A DNA stretch of 64,000 bases from Vicinamibacterales bacterium (lineage in GTDB: Bacteria; Acidobacteriota; Vicinamibacteria; Vicinamibacterales; UBA8438). Below are positions 1 to 8,667 of the stretch, one piece after another. The notes beneath the pieces are model-generated. The model had not been told where the DNA came from. It saw only the letters and a program-made list of their open reading frames with translations, and searched no databases. The stretch lies in contig CBDDJQ010000005.1 in NCBI GenBank assembly GCA_965229825.1, positions 106,350 through 170,349 on the forward strand. Direction: 5' to 3'. Numbering within the stretch: the first letter of the stretch is position 1; each line of letters starts with the position of its first letter. The position numbers were made by a program, and so were the translations under genes.

Positions 1-1495
1 CGCCGCCGATCGCGACCATCGAGAACAGCTCGAACATGATCGACGACGAGGTCAACGCCCTGCCCGTGGGCCGCAGCCTGTTCGGCATCGCCGCCCTCCA
101 GCCGGGGCTGACCACCAACACGCCGAACGGCGGTCAGGTGACGATCAACGGGGCGTTCGCCTACGACAACGTCTTCCTGGTGGACGGGGTCGACATCAAC
201 GACAACCTGTTCGGAACCTCGAACAGTCTCTTCATCGAGGACGCGATCGAGGAGACGCAGGTGCTCACCTCGGGGCCACGGGCGGCATCCAGACGGTCGA
301 CACCAGCGCGCTGGTGCCGCGGCTCGGCGTCGCCTACGATCCGGCCGGGGACGGGCGGCTGTCGCTGCAGGCCAGCTACAGCCACTACTCGGGCAAGTAC
401 AGCGAGGCCCAGTTCGCGCAGACGACCAACGTCGGCAACCCGAGCCTGCTCTACGGCGTCTATGTCGGACCGGACGGGCAGGGGCGCGACTTCGCGCCCG
501 GGTTCGACCCGGACAACTACGTCACGGTCTTCAGCAGCTTTCCCACCCGGAACGTCTTCAACGACCCGAACCTCCGATCGCCCGTGACGAAGGAGCTGAC
601 CCTCTCGGCCGGCGGCGCGATCGGGACGCGCGGCCACCTGAAGGCGACCTTCATCAAGCGGTCGACCGGTGGGGTGATCGAAGACTTCCTGGACCTGACC
701 ACCGGCTCGACGGAGATCATCGAGGACGGCGAGAGCTACGGCACGTTCGTCAACCAGGTGCTGCGGAACACCGATGATCTGGAGCGCCGGTACGACGCGC
801 TGGTGCTCGACGGGCGCGTGCAGGTGACCCGCCGCTTCCTGTTCGACGGAAGCTGGACGGTGCAGCTCAGCAACGAAGGGAACTTCGAGGGCGAAGGGAC
901 CAACACGCCGGGGAGCGCCTCCAGCGCGTTCGACTGGCCGGAGGCGACGCCCGCGGACCGGTATTTCCCGCGCGGCCGGCTCAACGATTACCAGAAGCAC
1001 AAGGTGCGCCTGTGGGGCATCTACAACGTCGGTCTGGGCGGCGTCGGCCGCCTCGACCTCGGCGCCGTCTGGCGCTACGATTCGGGCCTCACCTACAGCT
1101 TCGCGTCCGGCGGCGTGCGGCTGACCCCGCAGCAGGAAATGCTCCTGAACGGTCTGGGCTACGCGAGCCTGCCGTCGTCGCGGTCGATCTACTACTCGAC
1201 GGGCCGCGGCTCGGAGGACTTCGACGGCTACACGCGGCTCGACCTCTCGGCGCAGTGGGAGCTGCCGATCTGGCGGGAGGCCCGGCCGTGGCTGAAGTTC
1301 GAGATGTACAACGCCCTGAGCAACGACAAGATGCTCACGTGGAACACCACCGTCCGGCCCGACTACGACGGACCGCTCGACGAGCTCGGGCTGCCCACGA
1401 CGTATACGGAAGGGGTTCGCTTCGGCGAGGCGACCAGCGCCGGAGACTATCCCAACGGAAGGACCTTCCGGGTCGCGCTGGGCTTCCGCTTCTAG
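1..1495 (+). pseudogene. TonB-dependent outer-membrane receptor, 5'-partial in the window and internally disrupted (deletion plus frame change near nt 270-285)
   Basis: The frame starting at nt 3 reads ...IENSSNMIDDEVNALPVGRSLFGIAALQPGLTT...FIEDAIEETQVLTSG, which is plug-domain-like. It then degenerates into Arg/Ser-rich sequence. From about nt 272 another frame reads GGIQTVDTSALVPRLGVAYDPAGDGRLSLQASY... through to ...GRTFRVALGFRF*, with the terminal aromatic residue typical of OM beta-barrels. The several hundred residues normally lying between these two segments are absent. Confidence 0.55.
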
Positions 1496-3089
1496 GAGTC
1501 TGCGCCGCAGAAAAATCGATGCGAAAATTGTAGGCGAGAATCCAACGCTGGAAGGACTTGATGTCGACGACTTTTCGCCGCTACGTGCCGGAGCAGTCGC
1601 TGCTGTTGCCGCCCGACCTGCGTGATTGGCTGTCCGAGGGCCACTTGGCGCACCACATCAGCGATCTGGTGGACGGTCTGGATCTGACGGCGTTCTACGC
1701 CCCGTACGAAGGGGACGGTCGTCGCAACGCGCCGTATGAGCCCCGGATGATGGTGAAGATTCTGCTCTACGCGTATGCGACGGGGGTGTTCTCGTCGCGT
1801 GGAATCGCGAGGAAGCTGGAGGAGGACGTGGCGTTCCGGGTGCTGGCGGCGGGCAACTTTCCGCAGCACCGTACGGTGTGCGAGTTTCGTCGTCGTCATC
1901 TGGAGGATTTCAAGGCGCTGTTCGTGGAGGTGGTTCGTCTGGCGCGGGAGTTGGGGCTGGCGAGCTTTGGGAAGCTGTCGATTGACGGGACGAAGGTTCG
2001 CGCGAACGCGAGCAAGCACAAGGCGATGAGCTACGGCCGGATGCAGGAGGAGGAACGGCGTCTGGTCGAGGAGATCGAGACGTTGTTGCGGTCGGCGGAT
2101 GCAGTCGACACGGCCGAGGACGTTCGCTTGGGAGCGGATGTGCGGGGGGACGAGTTGCCGGCGGAGTTGCGCCGGCGCGAGGAGCGTCTGGCCGCGATCC
2201 GGGCGGCGAAGGCGCGTCTGGAGGCAGCGGCTCGGTCGGCGGACGACACGCGGGGTCGTCAGCCGGGTCAGGCCCGCAACCCGAAGGGGGGTCGGCCCTA
2301 CAAGCGGGCGTATGGCGAGCCTGAGGAGAAGGCCCAGAGCAATTTCACGGACCCGGAAAGCGGGATCATGAAGACGAGCAACGATGGATTCCAGCAGTGC
2401 TACAACGCGCAGGCGGCGGTGGACGGTGACCACCAGTTGGTGGTGTCGACGGAGCTGACGGCGAACGCGAGCGACCAGGGCGCCCTGCCGGTGTTGCTGG
2501 ATGAAGTGAAGAAGACGTTCGACACTCAGCCGGAGAAGGTGTTGGCCGACGCGGGGTACTGCAACGAGCGGGACTTGGTGGAGCTGGAAGAGCGGGGCGT
2601 TGACGGGTATGTGTCGCTGGGCCGGGAGGGCAAGACAAATGCCGGCCGAGACTTGGACAAGCATCCGGCGACGGGTCGCATGCTGAAGAAGCTGGCCACG
2701 TCGGCGGGCCGGGCGGCGTATGCGGAACGCAAGTGGTTGTCGGAGGCCCCGTACGGCTGGATCAAGCACGTGTTGGGATTCCGGCGTTTCAGCCTGCGGG
2801 GACTGGCCAAGGTGCGTTGCGAGTGGGACTTGGTGTGCCTGGCGCTGAACGCCAAGCGCCTGCACGCGCTGATGGCGGCGTAGTCGCACAGATTATGGGG
2901 CTCGTCACGGCGGCCAATCGGTCCGAATCGTGCTCTCCGGCGGACCCTCCGGCCGATCAGGGCATGATTTTGCTGTTTGTTCGCAATTCACCGGGAAACG
3001 GCCGAGTTGTCGAGTTGCCCCGGCATGGGTGAGTCAGGTCGCGGGACGGCGCTCCATCTCATGCCGTAAATCTCCTGCGGCGCAGACTC
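1496..3089 (+). mobile_element. Insertion sequence, IS5/IS1182-group, apparently intact
   Basis: Perfect 15-bp terminal inverted repeats: GAGTCTGCGCCGCAG (1496-1510) and CTGCGGCGCAGACTC (3075-3089). They are flanked by a direct CTAG duplication (1492-1495 and 3090-3093). One uninterrupted transposase ORF lies inside, and the element is about 1.6 kb. Confidence 0.85.
1558..2883 (+). CDS. IS1182-family (IS5-like) DDE transposase
   Basis: 441-aa ORF. The N-terminal block YVPEQSLLLPPDLRDWLSEGHLAHHISDLVD...YEPRMMVKILLYAYATGVFSSRGIARKLEEDVAFRVLA is a transposase N-domain. The C-terminal region DAGYCNE...YAERKWLSEAPYGWIKHVLGFRRFSLRGLAKVRCEWDLVCLALNAKRL is typical of this family. Confidence 0.9.
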   Translation: MMSTTFRRYVPEQSLLLPPDLRDWLSEGHLAHHISDLVDGLDLTAFYAPYEGDGRRNAPYEPRMMVKILLYAYATGVFSSRGIARKLEEDVAFRVLAAGNFPQHRTVCEFRRRHLEDFKALFVEVVRLARELGLASFGKLSIDGTKVRANASKHKAMSYGRMQEEERRLVEEIETLLRSADAVDTAEDVRLGADVRGDELPAELRRREERLAAIRAAKARLEAAARSADDTRGRQPGQARNPKGGRPYKRAYGEPEEKAQSNFTDPESGIMKTSNDGFQQCYNAQAAVDGDHQLVVSTELTANASDQGALPVLLDEVKKTFDTQPEKVLADAGYCNERDLVELEERGVDGYVSLGREGKTNAGRDLDKHPATGRMLKKLATSAGRAAYAERKWLSEAPYGWIKHVLGFRRFSLRGLAKVRCEWDLVCLALNAKRLHALMAA

Positions 3090-3090
3090 C

Positions 3091-3174
3091 TAGCCCGGGG
3101 TCGTTGCCTTGCGGCGCCGCTTGCCGCCTTGACCAACTCGCAGGAGCCTGCGCCGTTCCACGGGGCAGACTCCT
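3091..3174 (-). repeat. Bipartite REP-like intergenic repeat, copy A (module 1 at 3091-3141, hairpin module at 3142-3174)
   Basis: The reverse complement reads AGGAGTCTGCCCCGTGGAACGGCGCAGGCTCCT + GCGAGTTGGTCAAGGCGGCAAGCGGCGCCGCAAGGCAACGACCCCGGGCTA. This aligns with the copies at 48232-48396, 55371-55455, 40528-40585 and 30306-30362. Confidence 0.7.
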
Positions 3175-3329
3175 GCCCGGACATCGCCGCCTTGCGGGCT
3201 TGGCAGCACTGCCGGCGAAACGGGCTGGCCCGCTTCGCGCAGGTTCGGCGGCACCGCTCCCTCATTCCATTCGTCCCGCCCGGTCCCGCCGCGACTACAA
3301 TCGGTCTGTCTTGCCACGCAGGAGGGAAC

Positions 3330-4313
3330 ATGATGAAGAGGACAGTGAGCGCGTTGTTCGTCGTTCTGTCGGCGACGCTGGCGGCATCGGAATCGGCGGC
3401 CCAGCCCGCCGACTCGGATCGGACGGTGACCGAGGCGCAGTACGAGCGGTGGAAGACCGAGCTGTCCAACTGGGGGCGGTGGGGCGCCGACGACGAAATC
3501 GGCGCCCTGAACCTCGTCACGCCGGCAAAGCGTCTGCAGGCGGTGGCGCTGGTCGAAGACGGCGTCACCGTGTCCCTGGCCAGTGACGCCGATACCGTCG
3601 AGGCCGTCGACAACCCGAATCCCTACGAGCACACGATGGTCGGCATCAGCTCGGATCGGATCGCGGTCCGGTATCACGGCATCACGCATACCCATCTCGA
3701 CGCGCTGGCGCACATCAACGACAACGGCGTCTTCTACAACGGCTACACGCCGGACGTCGACGCCGTCATCGAGAACGGACACCCGAAGAACTCCATTCAC
3801 AACCTGAAGAGCGGCATCGTGACCCGCGGCATCCTCATCGACATCCCCCGGCTGCGGGGCGTGCCGTATCTCGAGCCCGGGACGCCGATCTACGTCGAAG
3901 ATCTGGAAGCGTGGGAGGAGCAGGCGGGGGTGAGGGTCTCCTCCGGCGATGCGCTGTTCATCCGCACCGGCGTCTGGGCGCGCCGTGCCGCCGAAGGTCC
4001 GTGGTTGCGGGGCCGCCGGCCGGGCGGCCGGTCCGCCGGGCTGCACCCCTCGGTCATCCCGTGGCTCAAGGAGAGAGACATCGCCCTGATGGGCAGCGAC
4101 CACCCGACGTACGTCGCGCCGTCCGAGCTGCCTGGCGCCATCCACGACTTCGCGCTGCTGTACCTCGGCGTGCACCTCTTCGACAACTGCGACCTCGAGG
4201 CCCTCGGCGAGGCGGCGGCGGAACGCAACCGCTGGGAGTTCCTGCTGATGGCGGCGCCGTTGCCGATTCGCGGAGGAACCGGCTCGCCGCTGAATCCGAT
4301 CGCGGTGTTCTGA
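3330..4313 (+). CDS. Secreted cyclase-family protein (putative cyclase / kynurenine-formamidase-like fold)
   Basis: ATG at 3330 is preceded by GGAGGG (3321-3326). Signal peptide MMKRTVSALFVVLSATLAASESAAQ. Motifs WGADDEIGALN, HGITHTHLDALAH, GILIDIPR and GDALFIRTG. The longer track ORF starting at 3129 runs through the repeat element and is unlikely. Confidence 0.8.
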   Translation: MMKRTVSALFVVLSATLAASESAAQPADSDRTVTEAQYERWKTELSNWGRWGADDEIGALNLVTPAKRLQAVALVEDGVTVSLASDADTVEAVDNPNPYEHTMVGISSDRIAVRYHGITHTHLDALAHINDNGVFYNGYTPDVDAVIENGHPKNSIHNLKSGIVTRGILIDIPRLRGVPYLEPGTPIYVEDLEAWEEQAGVRVSSGDALFIRTGVWARRAAEGPWLRGRRPGGRSAGLHPSVIPWLKERDIALMGSDHPTYVAPSELPGAIHDFALLYLGVHLFDNCDLEALGEAAAERNRWEFLLMAAPLPIRGGTGSPLNPIAVF

Positions 4314-4568
4314 GTGAACCCGTCCGGTCGGCCGGAGACCGTTAACGCGGCGGGCATCCTGGTCGCTGCACGCCAGCTCCGCCCGGGTGAACAGACGAGT
4401 GTTAACGTTAACGACCGTGCCGGTGCGAAGGGCGGGGCTCGGTGCGCCGGGGGGCGGGGCCACGCCCCCCGCAGCCAGCTTGCGAACGGTTGATGCTGTG
4501 CAATTGGGCGCAAACGGACCCTGATCCTTCGAATCGCTGCGACAGCCGAGGCTCGACTACGCGCACGG

Positions 4569-4739
4569 TCAGGCTGTGTCATCGACACCGGCGGCACGCG
4601 CCGGCCGGAAGCTGAGCATCAGTTCGACCCGCGCACGGTACCCGTGCGGCCGCTTTTCGATCAGGTCCTGCTGCAGGAGCCAGTTCAGGTCCCGTGTCAC
4701 CGTCTTGTCTGTCTTGCCGGCGTAGAGTTCGGCAATCGG
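4569..4739 (-). pseudogene. Gene relic: C-terminal winged-helix-like tail of a Fic/regulator-type protein; no start and no N-terminal part
   Basis: Reads PIAELYAGKTDKTVTRDLNWLLQQDLIEKRPHGYRARVELMLSFRPARAAGVDDTA*. It lies immediately after an in-frame stop at 4740-4742. Nothing upstream would complete a gene. Confidence 0.3.
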
Positions 4740-4782
4740 CTATGCTTCGGCCCTGAACCAGACCTGTACAGGAGTGATTCTC

Positions 4783-5802
4783 ATGAAGACTCGCGCAACC
4801 TGCCGGCTGCTCATCGTGACGGGTACCCTGTTCGCTCTCGGGCTCTTCGCCGCGTTGCCGGCGGCGGCCCAGCTCGACCGGGTCCGGGACCCCGACTGGA
4901 CGACGCCCCGGACGCCTGACGGCCAGCCGGATCTCCAGGGCGTCTGGGGGAACAAGACGATCACGCCGATCGAGCGGTCCGAGAGCGAGACGCGCGCCTA
5001 CCTGACCGATGAGGAAATCGCCGCCCTCAACCAGGGGCGAGCCGTGACGCTGGCGGCCCAGGACGCCGCGCCCGCCGCCCGCACCGTGGCCAGCAGCAGC
5101 CTCGGCAGCGGCTACGGCAGCTACTGGCTCGACTCGGGCGACACCGTGCTGTCGACCGGGCAGACCTCGATGGTCGTCGACCCGCCGAGCGGCCGGGCTC
5201 CCGTGCAGCAGTGGGCCCTGGACGAGAAGGCATGGCGGCTCGAGCACGAAGGCGACCACTACCGCAACATGAGCGTGTGGGACCGGTGCATCTCGCGTGG
5301 CGTCCCCGGCTCGATGCTTCCCGCCGGCTACAACAACGCCTATCGCATTCTGCAGACGCCCGACCACGTCGTCATCTCCCACGAGATGATCCACGATGCG
5401 CGGATCATCCCGCTGTCGGACCGGCCGTTCGTCGATGACCGTATCCGTCAGTGGATGGGGGATGCGCGCGCGCACTGGGACGGTGACGTGCTCGTCGTCG
5501 AGACGAAGAACTTCCACGACCGCGGCTGGGTCGCGTCGAGCGGGGCCGGCCGCCGCCTGAAGGGCATCCGCGTCACCGAGGCGCACCACGTCGTCGAGCG
5601 GTTCGAGCGCGTCTCGGAAACCACCATCATGTGGGACGTGACGATCTCCGATCCCAACGTCTACACGGCTTCCTGGAAGATCTCGATGCCGTTGACGGCC
5701 GAACCCACCTACGAGATGTTCGAGTACGCGTGCCACGAGGGGAACTACGCCATACCCAACGCGCTCAGCGGGGCCCGCTTTCTCGAGAAGCGTACGGAGT
5801 AG
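4783..5802 (+). CDS. Secreted conserved hypothetical protein, paralogue of 8668..9666
   Basis: ATG at 4783 with AGGAG at 4770-4774. Signal peptide ...LFAALPAAAQ. Blocks shared with the paralogue: PDGxPDLQGVW, AYLTDEE, CxxxGVP, HDARxIPL, WxGDxRxxWDGDxLVVETxNF, VERFxR, YEFACHEGNY-like. Confidence 0.75.
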   Translation: MKTRATCRLLIVTGTLFALGLFAALPAAAQLDRVRDPDWTTPRTPDGQPDLQGVWGNKTITPIERSESETRAYLTDEEIAALNQGRAVTLAAQDAAPAARTVASSSLGSGYGSYWLDSGDTVLSTGQTSMVVDPPSGRAPVQQWALDEKAWRLEHEGDHYRNMSVWDRCISRGVPGSMLPAGYNNAYRILQTPDHVVISHEMIHDARIIPLSDRPFVDDRIRQWMGDARAHWDGDVLVVETKNFHDRGWVASSGAGRRLKGIRVTEAHHVVERFERVSETTIMWDVTISDPNVYTASWKISMPLTAEPTYEMFEYACHEGNYAIPNALSGARFLEKRTE

Positions 5803-5901
5803 ACCCGGGGCGGCAGGCGGCACGCGCCGGCCGGAAGCTCGGCATGCGTTGGACCGTTGCGCCGGGGGATCTGCTGGAGCGCGCGCCCGATTCCTTGCGA
5901 G

Positions 5902-6213
5902 TCAGCGCCGGCGGGAGCGGCGGCCGTTCTGTATGGCGGCGGCGGCGCCGGCCCCGGCCACGATGCCCCCGGACAACGCCCCGACCCAGCCCGGGAACTG
6001 CAGCCAGATGAACGTCCCGGCCACGGCAGCGGCGGCGACCACCGCCAGCAGGACGGTGGCGAGATACTTGGGGATCCGGATGGTCGCGCGCGCCTCCCAC
6101 GCGTCAGCGTGGCCGCCCGCCGCGGCCGGCGGCTGGCCGGCGCGCGACCGGCCGACCACGAGCAGAAGCAGCACGATTACGCCGATGACGGCGATTTCGG
6201 ACAGACCCAGCAT
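5902..6213 (-). CDS. Small (103 aa) membrane protein, about 3 predicted TM segments, function unknown
   Basis: High GC3 in this frame. Hydrophobic segments IAVIGVIVLLLLVVG, YLATVLLAVVAAAAVAGTFIWL and GWVGALSGGIVAGAGAAAAI, with a basic C-terminus. Confidence 0.45.
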   Translation of the reverse strand: MLGLSEIAVIGVIVLLLLVVGRSRAGQPPAAAGGHADAWEARATIRIPKYLATVLLAVVAAAAVAGTFIWLQFPGWVGALSGGIVAGAGAAAAIQNGRRSRRR

Positions 6214-6449
6214 GGCCCTATTGGTGTGTCACTTGAACAAGTTTCCAGTTGGGTGGTCCGAGACATTGCGCGTTTCGGGCCGCAATCGTGGGGGAAACTG
6301 GCCGTTGACGGTCTGTTCGGTCGTATTCGGGAAATGTAAAGCCATTCCTCGGACACACCACTAGCAGCCGGTCGTGGAACCCCGCGTTGGACCGAGACCG
6401 GCGAGGCGCCTGTTTGACCAGGCGTGACGAACGAGCCTATCGGGCATCG

Positions 6450-7484
6450 TCAACACTCGTTTCCCAGCAACCCGCCGCCGCCGCAGTAGCTGACGTCCTG
6501 CAACTGCAGCCGCACGCCGTCCGGCGCCTCCACCAGCACCTCCTTCGTCACCCCCTCGCGCAGTCTCGCGTGCGCGGTGACGCCGTGCTCCCCGAGCCGG
6601 GCCATGACCGCATCGGGATCGAAACCCTCGACGCCGAGACCGACGTGCAGTCGGAACGCCTCCGGGCCGCTGCCCTCGACCAGGGCCAAGTGTTGCGGAC
6701 CTGCACCGACCCTGAGAACCGGGATCGGACGACCGTCGTAGCCGGCGGTTCGCGGCCCTCCCTGCGGTTCCTGCCAGGCCGACACCGGCATGTCCGTCAG
6801 CCGCTGATACCACGCCAGGGCGCTCGACAGATCGGATACGTGGTACTTGATGTGGTTCAGGGTCCGGACCGGGATCGGCGGCGGGTCGCCCGGGCGCCGC
6901 ATCGCCTCGGCCGAGTCGTCACACACCTCGCCCAGGAAGCCCAGACCGCCGCAGGCGATGATCGGGTTGAACTGGAGCGGTGCGCCGTCCGGACCGTCGA
7001 AGTTGACGCCGTTGATCGTCGTGCCCTCCCGCAACACCGACCGGGCGAGGGCGGGCATCTCGGCGAGCCCCTCGAAGATCCGGTGGACGTTGAAGTCCTC
7101 GATGCCCCAGCAGAAGTGCGGGCGTCGCGCCTGCGGGCTCTCCGGGCTCCTCTGCGACAGGGCCATGTACGCCGGCGGGTCGCTGGACAAGCGGAGCACC
7201 GTCTGCCCTCCCCCGTAGTCCTGGAACGCGTAGCGCGGGATCGCCAGAACCCTTTCGTACCATGCCACCGTGCTCTGCAGGTCCACGCAGCCGAAGCTCA
7301 CGTGGTTCAGCGTGGCGACGGGGATCGGCAGCGCCGATTGCGCAGCCGTCGAGCCGGCAAGCGGTCTCGCCAGGGCCGCTGCCGGCCGTGCGACCGCCGC
7401 TGCGAAACCCGCAACGAGCAGGTCTCTCCGCGTCATTCTCCCGCCGGCCCGCGCGCGCGACGAGTGATCGATCCGCATCGTCAT
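6450..7484 (-). CDS. Tat-exported tandem VOC (glyoxalase/bleomycin-resistance/dioxygenase fold) protein
   Basis: Twin-arginine signal ...RMTRRDLLVAGFAAAVARPAAA. Two VOC-like halves: LNHVSFGCVDLQSTVAWYERVL and LNHIKYHVSDLSSALAWYQRL. The ATG at 7484 overlaps the stop of the upstream small ORF (ATGA). An alternative start is at 7436. The 717-aa track ORF is an over-extension. Confidence 0.75.
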   Translation of the reverse strand: MTMRIDHSSRARAGGRMTRRDLLVAGFAAAVARPAAALARPLAGSTAAQSALPIPVATLNHVSFGCVDLQSTVAWYERVLAIPRYAFQDYGGGQTVLRLSSDPPAYMALSQRSPESPQARRPHFCWGIEDFNVHRIFEGLAEMPALARSVLREGTTINGVNFDGPDGAPLQFNPIIACGGLGFLGEVCDDSAEAMRRPGDPPPIPVRTLNHIKYHVSDLSSALAWYQRLTDMPVSAWQEPQGGPRTAGYDGRPIPVLRVGAGPQHLALVEGSGPEAFRLHVGLGVEGFDPDAVMARLGEHGVTAHARLREGVTKEVLVEAPDGVRLQLQDVSYCGGGGLLGNEC

Positions 7485-7801
7485 GAGGCACCCCCGTTGA
7501 CCGTATCGTGCTCGAGCCCGATCTCCGCCGGGAGGTCGATAACGTCCCGTTCGCGCCGGTCGACCTGCTCCAGCACCACCGCTACGCCGACATCGGAATC
7601 GCATCGGACGGGGGCACGACGAGCTCGACCGGCACCGCGTGGTCGAGAGTCGAACTCGCTGCCTGCACCCTGGCCGGACCCCCCTGTCACCGGCAGCGGC
7701 GGCAGGGGCTCCCCGGCCTGCGGCCCGGAGAATATCGGGTTCTGGTTCGCCTGAGAGAAAGCGGTGGCGCCGGAGACAAGCCAGCAGGACACGCTCACCA
7801 C
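7481..7801 (-). CDS. Small (106 aa) putative secreted protein, unknown function
   Basis: GTG start. The N-terminus VVSVSCWLVSGATAFSQA is Sec-signal-like. The stop codon overlaps the ATG of the downstream VOC gene (ATGA at 7481-7484). GC3 is moderately high. Confidence 0.4.
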   Translation of the reverse strand: MVSVSCWLVSGATAFSQANQNPIFSGPQAGEPLPPLPVTGGSGQGAGSEFDSRPRGAGRARRAPVRCDSDVGVAVVLEQVDRRERDVIDLPAEIGLEHDTVNGGAS

Positions 7802-7867
7802 CGACCCGCTGCGGCGGATGCCGTCCCCCGCGGCGGTCCTGGCCGGCAGGGGACGGCGCTCTCATGC

Positions 7868-8641
7868 CTACGGCTGAACGATCTCGATGCGGACGCCGTC
7901 CGGGCCGGTGACGAACGAGATCATCATGTCTTCGCCGAGCGGGTTGGTGAACGGGCGCGGCTCGATGTCGAACCCGACGCCCTTGCCCTTGATCTCCTCG
8001 GCGGCGGCGGCCAGGTCGGGGAACTGCCAGCCGAGGTGGTCGAAGGCGCGGCCCTCGGTCGGCGCCAACTCGCCTTCGTGCTGGGAGATGAGGAGCCAGA
8101 CCGAGCCGTAGCGCAGGCCGGCGATGCGTCCCTTCAGGCTGTCCCTCTCGCCCGCGAAGATGTGCTCGTACCAGTCGAGCGCAGCCGCGGGATCGATGGA
8201 CCGGAGGTGCAGGTGGTGGAAGCCCAGCCACTCGGTGTCCTCGACGACCTCGATCTTCGTGCCCCACGGGTCCTCGACGAAGGCGAGCTTGAAGAGGCCG
8301 TCGATTTCCCGTATCGGATTGAGAATCTTGACGCCGGCTGCCTCGAACGAGGCCATCTTGGCGGTGAGGTCGGTGAACGAGAACCCGATGTGGTCGACGC
8401 CGCTGCCGACGCTCGGGCCGGTCGGCTCGCGCTCGAAGAAGATGATCAGGGTGTCGCCGGCGGCGCAGGCGTTGTGCCGGCCGTAGTCGGTGCACCCCAT
8501 GTGGGTCATGTACCACTCCTTCGCCTCGGCGGCGGAGGTGGCGACGAGATGGATGTGATGGTAGTCGGCGGCGGCGGCGACGGCCGGGGTGCCGGCGAAC
8601 CAAGCGGACAACGCGACGAGCACGAGCATCTTGCGAATCAT
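7868..8641 (-). CDS. Secreted tandem VOC/glyoxalase-fold protein
   Basis: ATG at 8641 with an AAGGAAA RBS. Signal peptide MIRKMLVLVALSAWFAGTPAVAAAA. VOC-like halves YHHIHLVATSAAEAKEWY... and FHHLHLRSIDPAAALDWYEHIF.... The 596-aa track ORF is an over-extension. Confidence 0.8.
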   Translation of the reverse strand: MIRKMLVLVALSAWFAGTPAVAAAADYHHIHLVATSAAEAKEWYMTHMGCTDYGRHNACAAGDTLIIFFEREPTGPSVGSGVDHIGFSFTDLTAKMASFEAAGVKILNPIREIDGLFKLAFVEDPWGTKIEVVEDTEWLGFHHLHLRSIDPAAALDWYEHIFAGERDSLKGRIAGLRYGSVWLLISQHEGELAPTEGRAFDHLGWQFPDLAAAAEEIKGKGVGFDIEPRPFTNPLGEDMMISFVTGPDGVRIEIVQP

Positions 8642-8667
8642 CAGTTTCCTTTCAGGTGGTGCTGCTT

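Noticed and set aside
3129-4313. Track start positions for several genes: cyclase at 3129, VOC at 8603 and 9658, DUF1552 at 13048, PQQ dehydrogenases at 22251 and 43869, BASS at 26563, sulfite reductase at 31679, gltB at 35087, gltD at 39355, and others.
   Set aside because: The N-terminal extensions are low-complexity and run through repeats or upstream genes. Internal starts with an RBS, a signal peptide or an ATGA/GTGA coupling give proteins of the expected family length.
5902-6213. The small membrane protein as a TatA/E-like translocase subunit, based on the N-terminus MLGLSEIAVIGVIVLLLLVVG.
   Set aside because: It lacks the F-G hinge and amphipathic helix (..LFG.KKLP..) of TatA, and it has two further TM segments.
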